NCBI GenBank assembly: GCA_046331505.1
Contig: JAXLQT010000036.1
Coordinates: 267 to 64,266 of the forward strand
From: Acidobacteriota bacterium
GTDB lineage: Bacteria; Acidobacteriota; Vicinamibacteria; JAXLQT01
Length of the DNA: 64,000 bases
Direction of reading: 5' to 3'
Shown: positions 35,296 through 42,814 of the stretch, in pieces
Layout: each line of letters begins with the position of its first letter
How positions within the stretch are numbered: position 1 is the first letter of the stretch
Program-made: the position numbers and the translations under genes
The notes under the pieces: model-generated
Databases searched by the model: none
Told to the model about the DNA's origin: nothing
What the model saw: the letters and a program-made list of their open reading frames with translations, nothing else

Positions 35296-37050
35296 GTGAT
35301 CTGCGGCCTACTCGTCGGCGCGATGGAGGCCGCGCACGCGGCGATCGTCCAGCGCTTCCCGCTCGCGGCCGCGGCCTGGCTGATCGCGATGGGCGCCGGC
35401 TCCTACGGGCTCTTCGCGGCCCCGATCCCCGTGCTCCTGCGTTTGAAGAGCGGTGCCGCGGTGCTCTCGGCGACGCTCGCCGCGATGGCGGTCGCGATCT
35501 CTGCAGTCCTCGTCCAGCGACGCTGGTATTCCACCGTTCACCCCGACGCGCGCCGCCTCTTCCTGGAGATCGCCGCCCGCCTGGCGATCGTGGCGGGGAT
35601 CGCCGCCATCACCCTCGCACTCGCACGTGCGGTGTCCCGCCGGCCCGCGGGCGATGCCCTCGCGCGCGTATGCCGTTCACGCGCCGCGGCCGCGGCCTGC
35701 GCGATCGTCCCATCCACCGCGATCTTGCTCGCGGCGATCGACGCGCGCCACGATCCGCTGGAGGACACGCGCACCACCCTCGGACCGGCCGCCACGGGCG
35801 AAGCACGTGGCCCGAGCATCGTGCTGGTCCTCATCGACACGCTGCGCGCGGATCGCGTCGGCGCCTATGGGAGCGCCGATGGCACGACCCCCTTCCTCGA
35901 TCGCCTTTCCCGGTCGGGTACGGCCTTCTCCGACAATCTCTCGCACGCCTCGTGGACGAAGTCGGAGACCGCGTCGATCCTCTCGTCCTTGCCTCCAGCC
36001 GTACACGGCGCCGGACCGGAGGGAGGCGCACTCGCCGACGACGTGCTCACCTTGCCCGAGGCGCTCACCGCGGATGGCTACCGTACGCTCGGCTTCTCGA
36101 CCAACGGCGTCGTGAGCCCGACGTTCGGCCTCTCGCAGGGATTCTCGGAGTTTCGCTACGTCGCATCGACGCGCCCGCGCATCCAGGCTTTCTACGGGCT
36201 CGACGGGATCCGCTTCCTTGGCGGGGTGCTCGGAGCACCCATCTATCTCTCCTCCGCATACGGCGCCACGGCCGACGTCGCCGTGGACGCGGTGTCGCGC
36301 CGGCTCGCGCGCGGGATCGACGGACCGGCGTTTCTGTACGTTCACCTGATGGACCCGCATAGCCCGTACCTGTCGCCGCCCGGCCGCGGGCTCTCGCGCA
36401 GGACCCTGAACTACGTCGGACGGCGCGCCTCGACGGAAGCCGCGTACGACGCCGAGGTCGCCTTCGCCGACGCCGAGATCGAGCGATTGCGGCGCACCCT
36501 GGGCCGCAACGCCGCCTTCGAGGGGTGCATCTTCGCCGTGACCTCTGATCACGGCGAGGAGTTCTACGAGCACGGCAACATCTCGCACGGCAAGACCCTC
36601 TACGAGGAGATGCTGCGCGTGCCGCTGGTCGTCTGCGCGCCCGGCAGCCAGCCCTCGCTCGTCACCCATCGCGTGCGCGGCATCGATCTCGCGCCCGCCC
36701 TGCTCGCGCGCGCCGGCCTGCCGATCCCGTCCGCGTTCCAGGGTCAGGACCCCCTCGATCCGCCGGTCGCGGGACCGATGGTCCACCAGGAGGACTTCGG
36801 CGGGCGGCACCTGCGCGCCCTGCGGGACGGAGATCTGAAGCTCATCGCGCACGTCGGGACGAGCACGCCGTACGACGAGCTCTACGACCTGAGCGTCGAT
36901 CCCCGGGAGCAGCACGACCTGGTTCGCGAGCGCTCGGACCTCGCGGCCACGATGCAGATGACGCGCGAGGCGCGCGAGGCGTTCGCCGCGATGCCTGCGA
37001 TCTCCCCCGACGCGCAGGCCATCCTCCGCGGTCTCGGCTACATCGAGTGA
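35296..37050 (+). CDS. sulfatase-like (alkaline-phosphatase superfamily) membrane protein, paralogue of 31972..33972
   Basis: Tail of track ORF 34933..37050. Several N-terminal TM helices precede IVLVLIDTLRADRVGAYG...HASWTKSETASIL...VTSDHGEEF.EHG...LYEEMLRVPL. Ends ..LRGLGYIE. Start GTG 35296 or ATG 35323. Confidence 0.75.
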   Translation: MICGLLVGAMEAAHAAIVQRFPLAAAAWLIAMGAGSYGLFAAPIPVLLRLKSGAAVLSATLAAMAVAISAVLVQRRWYSTVHPDARRLFLEIAARLAIVAGIAAITLALARAVSRRPAGDALARVCRSRAAAAACAIVPSTAILLAAIDARHDPLEDTRTTLGPAATGEARGPSIVLVLIDTLRADRVGAYGSADGTTPFLDRLSRSGTAFSDNLSHASWTKSETASILSSLPPAVHGAGPEGGALADDVLTLPEALTADGYRTLGFSTNGVVSPTFGLSQGFSEFRYVASTRPRIQAFYGLDGIRFLGGVLGAPIYLSSAYGATADVAVDAVSRRLARGIDGPAFLYVHLMDPHSPYLSPPGRGLSRRTLNYVGRRASTEAAYDAEVAFADAEIERLRRTLGRNAAFEGCIFAVTSDHGEEFYEHGNISHGKTLYEEMLRVPLVVCAPGSQPSLVTHRVRGIDLAPALLARAGLPIPSAFQGQDPLDPPVAGPMVHQEDFGGRHLRALRDGDLKLIAHVGTSTPYDELYDLSVDPREQHDLVRERSDLAATMQMTREAREAFAAMPAISPDAQAILRGLGYIE

Positions 37051-37115
37051 GGCTGGCATCGGAGTTGCTGAAGAGATCGCGGGGAAGGATCCCCACTGGA
37101 AGGAGGCCGACTGCC

Positions 37116-37430
37116 ATGCGCTCGCGCTGGTTACTGGCACCGTTATTCCTGGCCCTGGGCATTCTGTCCACATCGTGTGACACGGTGGACAACGAAAACG
37201 ACATCTTCGTCACCAACGGAAGCGAGTTCTCGGTCGCCAAGGTCGCGCTCGACGGCATCGACCGCGGCGCGCTCGGCAAGGGAGAGCTCAGGCGGTTCGA
37301 CAACGTGGACGACGGCATGCACACGATCGAGGTGTTTCGATTCGCCGACGACACGACTCCGTGCGATTCCCACACGACGGATTACCTCGGCGGGAGCGAC
37401 GACGATTACTGGGTCGCGCGCTGCGAGTGA
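37116..37430 (+). CDS. small lipoprotein, function unknown
   Basis: GGAAGGAGG lies upstream of ATG 37116. MRSRWLLAPLFLALGILSTSC carries a lipobox. Confidence 0.55.
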   Translation: MRSRWLLAPLFLALGILSTSCDTVDNENDIFVTNGSEFSVAKVALDGIDRGALGKGELRRFDNVDDGMHTIEVFRFADDTTPCDSHTTDYLGGSDDDYWVARCE

Positions 37431-37454
37431 TCTCCCACTGACACGGTGCGAGCA

Positions 37455-37491
37455 GGCGGGGGACGAGCCCCCGCCCCGCGGAACCGCGGGG
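37455..37491. terminator. double GC-rich hairpin between convergent genes (REP-like first hairpin)
   Basis: GGCGGGGG-acgag-CCCCCGCC (37455-37475) overlaps CCCCGCGG-aa-CCGCGGGG (37474-37491). The first hairpin closely resembles the 48-bp repeat unit at 42190-42416. Confidence 0.4.
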
Positions 37492-37505
37492 ACGGACCTC
37501 TGCTC

Positions 37506-38591
37506 CTAGGACGCGAAGACGGCGTCGGTCTGGGTGGCGGGATCGGGGACGTGGCGCCCGCGGGATGCGAGCGCCTCCCTCTCGGCGGACTCGATCTCCG
37601 CGAGGACCTCCGCCTCGACCGATGCGAGGTCCGCCTCCGTCGCCTTCTTGCGCGTCACGAGCCAGTGCTCGTACACGCCGACGGGATCGCGCTTGCCCCA
37701 TTGCTCGAACATGCGCGCGGGCAGGATCTTCCGGGACTCGGCCTCGTCGTGCGTCGCGTGGCCGCCCATCCGGAACGTCTCGCTGAGGAGGATCGCCGCG
37801 CCGCGGCCCGAGCGCGCGATGGCGACGGCTTCCGACGCGGCGGCGTGGGTGTCCAGCACGTTGTTGCCGTCGGAGGAGAAGAGCGGGACGCCGTACGCCT
37901 TTCCGAGGTCCTCGTAGCGGTTCGCCGAGTGGACCGGGCTGCGCGTGCCGAGGGCGATGTGGTTCATCTGCACCACCATCACCAGCGGCAGCCGGCACGC
38001 GGCGGCGAAGCTCATCGCCTCGTGAACCTCGCCCACCTTGGTCGCCCCGTCGCCGACGTAGGTCATCGCGACGAGCTTCTTGCCCTGGAGCTTCCCCGCG
38101 AGCGCGATGCCGGCGCACACGGGCATCAGCGCCCCCACGTGGCTGATGGGCGCGACGATGCCGCGTTCGAGATCCCCGATGTGGAGGTCCCGCCCCCCGG
38201 TGTGCGTGTCGGCGGTCGCGAGGTACGCCTTGAACATCTCAGAGATCGGCATCCCCATCTCGTGGCACGCGCCGGCGTTGCGGATCATGGGCCCGACGTA
38301 GTCGCCCGGGCGAAGCGCGTGGACCGACCCGATCGTGACGGCCTCCTCTCCCGTGCCGAGCCATGCCTTCGAGAGGACGCCCTGGCGCACCCATCGCTTC
38401 AGCGCGATGTCGTGGAGCCGGAACCGCAGGAGGCCGCGGTAGAGATCGAGGAGCTTCTCCCTGGGGAGCTTCCTCACGGCCGACGCGCGGGCGCGCGAGC
38501 GCTCGAGCGTCGCCTGGAAGCGCTCGGCGGCGGCGCGAGTCGGCTTGAAGGCGACGTACTCCGGCGGATCGTAGAGCTCGTAGCGCTTCAT
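37506..38591 (-). CDS. 2-oxoacid dehydrogenase E1 component alpha subunit (ThDP-dependent)
   Basis: 361 aa. It has YVGDGATKVGEVHEAMSFAA (ThDP motif GDG..), NN and FRMGGHATHD. No E1 beta or E2 gene is adjacent. Confidence 0.85.
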   Translation of the reverse strand: MKRYELYDPPEYVAFKPTRAAAERFQATLERSRARASAVRKLPREKLLDLYRGLLRFRLHDIALKRWVRQGVLSKAWLGTGEEAVTIGSVHALRPGDYVGPMIRNAGACHEMGMPISEMFKAYLATADTHTGGRDLHIGDLERGIVAPISHVGALMPVCAGIALAGKLQGKKLVAMTYVGDGATKVGEVHEAMSFAAACRLPLVMVVQMNHIALGTRSPVHSANRYEDLGKAYGVPLFSSDGNNVLDTHAAASEAVAIARSGRGAAILLSETFRMGGHATHDEAESRKILPARMFEQWGKRDPVGVYEHWLVTRKKATEADLASVEAEVLAEIESAEREALASRGRHVPDPATQTDAVFAS

Positions 38592-38612
38592 TTCCTGGCC
38601 CCGCGCCCCACT

Positions 38613-41512
38613 CTATTCGAGGCGGCGCGCATGGAGGAGCACGCGGCGGCGCCCGTAGCTTCCGAGGTAGCGTTCGCGCAGACGCTCGGGGAGGTCGGCC
38701 GCGATCGAGAGGACGGTGCGCGCGGACTCGTCGAGGTGCCCGGCCGCCTCGGCGATGCCGAGGGCCTTCTCGATCTCGCCGAGCCGTAGCGCCGCGATCC
38801 ACAGGAGCTCGCGCTGGCCGGTGCGTTTCACGATCTCGTAGCTCCGGCGCGCGAGACCGATCGCTCTCTGGGGCGGCAGGGCCTCGGCGAGGACGCGCGC
38901 CGCCCGCGCCTGGGTGTCCGACGTGCCGCTCTCGGCGATGGCGATCAGCGCCTCGCGATCCGCGTCCGTGAGCTCGCCCGCGCGGTGGCGCAGCGTGATG
39001 TCGAAGACCTCGTGCCACCGCCGATCCGAGGGCGAAGGGTGCGGACCCTGGGCGAGCACGGTCTCGAGGTGGCGGCGCGCCTGCCCGAGGTTGCCGCGCT
39101 CCATCTCGAGCTCGACCAGGGCGAAGAGGGCGCTCGACGTCTCTCCCACGTATCCGTGCTGCTGGGCCAGGGAGAGCGCTTCGATCAGCTTCTCCTCGGC
39201 GGCATCGAAGTCGCCGATCCCGAGCAAGGCGTTGCCCGCCGACGACAGGCCTCGAACCAAGGACAGCGTGCTGGAGGTCGCGCGGCTCTTCTCCTCGATC
39301 TCCAGGCACATCGCGAGCGCCTCCCCGAGCCTGCCCAGGCTGAGGAGTGCGTTGGCACGAGCCACCTGGCAGGCCACGGCCACCGGCGCCGGCGCCGCCG
39401 TCCGGTCGAGCATCGAGACGGCTTCCTCCGCCAGGGCGAGCGACCGTTCGTAGTCGCACCGGTTGTTGGCGATGGCCGCGAGGTTCACGAGCGCGATCGC
39501 CGCGCCTTGATGGTCGCCGCGCCGCCGCTGGAGGCGGAGGCACTCGTTGAGGTAGCTCTCGGCCTCGTCGAGCTCCTCGACGGTGATGTGCAGCGTGGCG
39601 AGGTTGTTGAGGGCTCGCGTCACCCCGAGCGTGTCGGAGAGCCCCTCGAAGATGCGCAGCGCCGCACGGTGCTCGGCGATCGCCTCGGGGAGCTTTCCGA
39701 GCGCGTGGTAGGCGTTCCCCGTGCTCGTGCAGACGTTCCCGTAACCGTCGGGATCGCCGAGCTTCTCGTAGAGCTCGCGCGCCGCCTTCAGATCCGCGAG
39801 CGCGTCGTGCAGCTCCCCCATCGCGTACTTGATCGCCCCGACGGTCCGGTGGACCGCGGCAAGGAGCCTCTCGTCCCGCGCGCGGTGCGCGAGCGCGAGC
39901 GCGCGGTGGCTCGCGGTCGAGGCCTGGTTCAGATCGCCGCGCCGGATCCCGAGGTTGGCCACCTCGTCGAACAGTAGCGCCCGCTCGACGACCAGCTCCT
40001 CGGTACACTCGCGCTGCGCGCGATCGAGCAGCGCCTGGGCATCGCCCACCTGGCCGTCGCGCGATCGCGCCCGTCCCTGCTTTCGCAGGAGCCGCACCCG
40101 ATCCTCCGCAAGGAGCAGCCCTTCCCCTTCCTCGAGGATGCGCGCGAACCCTTTCGCCGCCTGGTCGAGGCTGCCGGTGCGTGCCTCGATGTCGGCCAGC
40201 CCCTCGTGTGCGTAGAGCCGCTCCACCTTCAGGGCCCGCGATTTGCGCCCGCGCCGCGACACGTCCTCGAAATGGCGGCGCGCCTCCTCGATGCGCCCCC
40301 GCCCGAACGCGTGCTTGCCCGCATCGAGCAGCTTCCCCGCGCCGGAGAGCTCGTCGCCGGAGAGGATGAGATGGCGCCCCACCTCGGAGCTCTTCTCCTC
40401 GGGATCGAGGTCGTCCTCCTCGACGATCCGCGCGAACTGGGCGTGGTAGAAGCGGCGCTTGTCCTCGGGGATCTGGGCGTAGACGATGAGGCGCTCCTCC
40501 GACTCCTGGAAGATCATGCGGAGCTTCCCGCCGGGATAGGAGCGGCGCAGGATCCCCTGGGAGAGCAGCGCGCCGGTGAGAGAAGCCACCTCGTCGCGCG
40601 AGAAGCCGCCGAGGCGATCGAAGCGCCAGAAGTTGATGCCCGTCGCGCTCACCGCGGTGACCTCGAGGAGCTCGCGGAGCGGCTCCGACAGCCGCCCGAA
40701 GCGGCGCTCGAAGAGCGGGCGCATGCCGGACGCTCCAGACGACAGCAGCGCCAGGATCTCGCTCTGCGGCAGCGGCTCCGCGTGCAGAGCGAGCTCGTCC
40801 GCGAGCAGCTTCGCGGCGCGAGGGCTCCGGTGCCAGCTGTCGAACAGCGCGGTGGCGGCGCGGGCCGCGAGGTCGGCCTCGACGCCGAGGTCCCGCATCA
40901 GCGACGCGAGCTCGGCGGCCGTCAGCGGCTCCAGGCGGACCTGCCGGCGCTCGTGTGGTCCAGGGTACCTGATGCGGAGGTCCCGTCCGCCGTCGGTCGC
41001 GATGAGAACGGCCCGGGGGCCGCACCCCGCATAGGTCGCCGACGCGACCACCTTGGAGAGGAACCGGAGCAAGAGCGGCTCCGCGTGCTGGCCCTCGTCG
41101 AGCACGAACACCGCGCCGCGATCGGTGAAGCGTTCCTGCATCGCGGGCACGAGGTTCGGCGTGGCGCCGGTCAGAGCAACCTCCGCGAAAAGCGCGTCCG
41201 CCTTCTCCGCGCGCCGAGCGCTTCGCGCACGGTGACGTCGATCGCCTCCCGCGATGCCGGCGAGAGCCCCGCCGAGAGCGCCCGGGCGAGCTCGGGCAGG
41301 CTCGTCACCGACGCGCCGCGTCCGGGATAGGCCTCGAGGGCCAGCACGTCCCACCCCGCACGGACGAACCGATCCTTCAGATGGGTCAGAAGCGTGGTGC
41401 TCCCTCCTCCCCCCTCGCTCATCACCTCGACGAACTGTGGCGGCGCCCCCGGCGGGAGCTCCGCCAGCAGGTTCCAAAGCGTGGCGGCCTCGGCCCTCTC
41501 GAACGGCGTCAT
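38613..41512 (-). CDS. AAA_16-like NTPase (degenerate Walker A) + TPR-repeat protein; apparent frameshift near 41205-41220
   Basis: The N-terminal piece is the tail of ORF 41171..41905, from ATG 41512: MTPFERAEAATLWNLL...VEVMSEGGGGSTTLL...REALGA. It continues in the 954-aa ORF frame (..AEKADALFAEV...AVFVLDEGQHAE Walker B-like), followed by many TPR-like repeats. Confidence 0.65.
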
Positions 41513-41583
41513 GCCGTCCAAGAGTAACGCCGTCGGCCGTGCGCCGCGGCGAGCGGCGTCACGGCCTCCGTGTCTCCGAGGGA

Positions 41584-42180
41584 TCAGCGCCCGCGGGGAC
41601 TCCGCTCGACCACTTCGTCGATGATGCCGTAGGCGCGCGCCTCCTCGGCCGTCATGAAGTTGTCGCGATCGGTGTCCTTGCGGATGTCCTCGAGGGTCTT
41701 GCCGGTCCTCCTCGCGAGGATCTCGTTGAGCTGATCGCGCATCTTCAAGATCTCGCGCGCGTGGATCGCGATGTCGGTCGCGCGTCCCTGGGCGCCCCCG
41801 AGCGGCTGGTGGATCATGATCCGCGAATGGGGCAGCGCGCGCCGCTTGCCCTTGGTGCCGCAGGCCAGGAGGAACGCGCCCATGGACGCGGCCTGCCCGA
41901 TGCACACGGTCTCGACGTCGCAGGCGATGTAGTTCATCGTGTCGAAGATGCCGAAGCCCGACGTCACGTAGCCACCGGGGCTGTTGATGTAGAAGGTGAT
42001 GGGCTTGGTCGGGTCCTGCAGCTCGAGGTAGAGGAGCTGCGCCACGATGAGCTGCCCCTTGTCGTCGTTCAGCTCGCCCGTGAGGAAGACGCAGCGCTCC
42101 TGGAGGAGCCGGGAGTAGAGATCGAAGCCGCGGTCGCCCTTGTCGGACGGCTCGATGATGGTCGGGATCTGGACTGGCAT
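41584..42180 (-). CDS. clpP: ATP-dependent Clp protease proteolytic subunit
   Basis: 198 aa. [23 protein letters not shown] (Ser), RIMIHQP (His) and [12 protein letters not shown] are textbook ClpP. Confidence 0.95.
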   Translation of the reverse strand: MPVQIPTIIEPSDKGDRGFDLYSRLLQERCVFLTGELNDDKGQLIVAQLLYLELQDPTKPITFYINSPGGYVTSGFGIFDTMNYIACDVETVCIGQAASMGAFLLACGTKGKRRALPHSRIMIHQPLGGAQGRATDIAIHAREILKMRDQLNEILARRTGKTLEDIRKDTDRDNFMTAEEARAYGIIDEVVERSPRGR

Positions 42181-42189
42181 GGATGGCCT

Positions 42190-42416
42190 TTCGGTGAGAA
42201 CCGGCGGGGGATAAGCCCCCGCCCTACGTCCTTCTGCTTCGGTGAGAACCGGCGGGGGACAAGCCCCCGCCCTACGTCCTTCTGCTTCGGTGAGAACCGG
42301 CGGGGGATAAGCCCCCGCCCACGTCCTTCTGCTTCGGTGAGAACCGGCGGGGGATAAGCCCCCGCCCTACGTCCTTCTGCTTCGGTGAGAACCGGCGGGG
42401 AGAAGTCCCCCGCCCT
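42190..42416. repeat. tandem array of 4.7 copies of a 48-bp unit, each with a GC-rich hairpin (REP/BIME-like), directly upstream of clpP
   Basis: Units start at 42190, 42238, 42286 (47 bp, one T missing), 42333 and 42381 (diverged): ttcggtgagaaccGGCGGGGGataagCCCCCGCCctacgtccttctgc. Read on the clpP strand, each hairpin is preceded by GTAG. Confidence 0.85.
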
Positions 42417-42464
42417 CCGCGCTCGTTCGCGGCACACCGAATTTCGACTCTGGGAGGCTCGGTG

Positions 42465-42770
42465 TCAACTCCTCCCCGGCCGATCGGCCTCCTCGAGGAA
42501 CATCTCCATCGCGAGCACGAGGGCGCGCAACGCATCCACCATGCGACGCGCCTCGTGACGCTCGCCGGCCGCCATTCCTTCCGCCCACGCTGACAGCGCT
42601 TCGGGCGGGCACGCGCCGAGGCGCAAGAGCGAGTCGCGAAGCCACGTCCCGATGCGATCGGAAGGCCCCTCCGCGGACCCGATCTCCTCGAGGAGCTTCT
42701 TGATCCGGATCTGCTCCTCGTCGCCGAAGCGGAGCTTTCCCAGGCGCTTTTCGACTTCTTCGGACTTCAT
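42465..42770 (-). CDS. small hypothetical protein (101 aa)
   Basis: ATG at 42770 (MKSEEVEKRLGKLRFGDEEQIRIKKLLEEIG...). It has good G/C-ending codon bias, lies within junk ORF 42465..43112, and is divergent from the PP2C gene. Confidence 0.55.
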   Translation of the reverse strand: MKSEEVEKRLGKLRFGDEEQIRIKKLLEEIGSAEGPSDRIGTWLRDSLLRLGACPPEALSAWAEGMAAGERHEARRMVDALRALVLAMEMFLEEADRPGRS

Positions 42771-42814
42771 GGAGACGCGAACCGTGCCTCGCGTTCCAGC
42801 GTATTCTTGCAGAG

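Noticed and set aside
42190-42416. Possible CRISPR array, given regularly spaced GC-rich palindromic repeats.
   Set aside because: The sequence between the hairpins is itself repeated identically, so there are no unique spacers. The period is 48 bp with no variable part. No cas genes are in the window. It is a tandem direct repeat.
42069-42535. Track ORFs translating the repeat array into repetitive peptides (..[14 protein letters not shown].. / ..[16 protein letters not shown]..).
   Set aside because: They are an artefact of a 48-bp (16-codon) period. The 47-bp third unit breaks every frame, and the ORFs overlap clpP or lack plausible starts.
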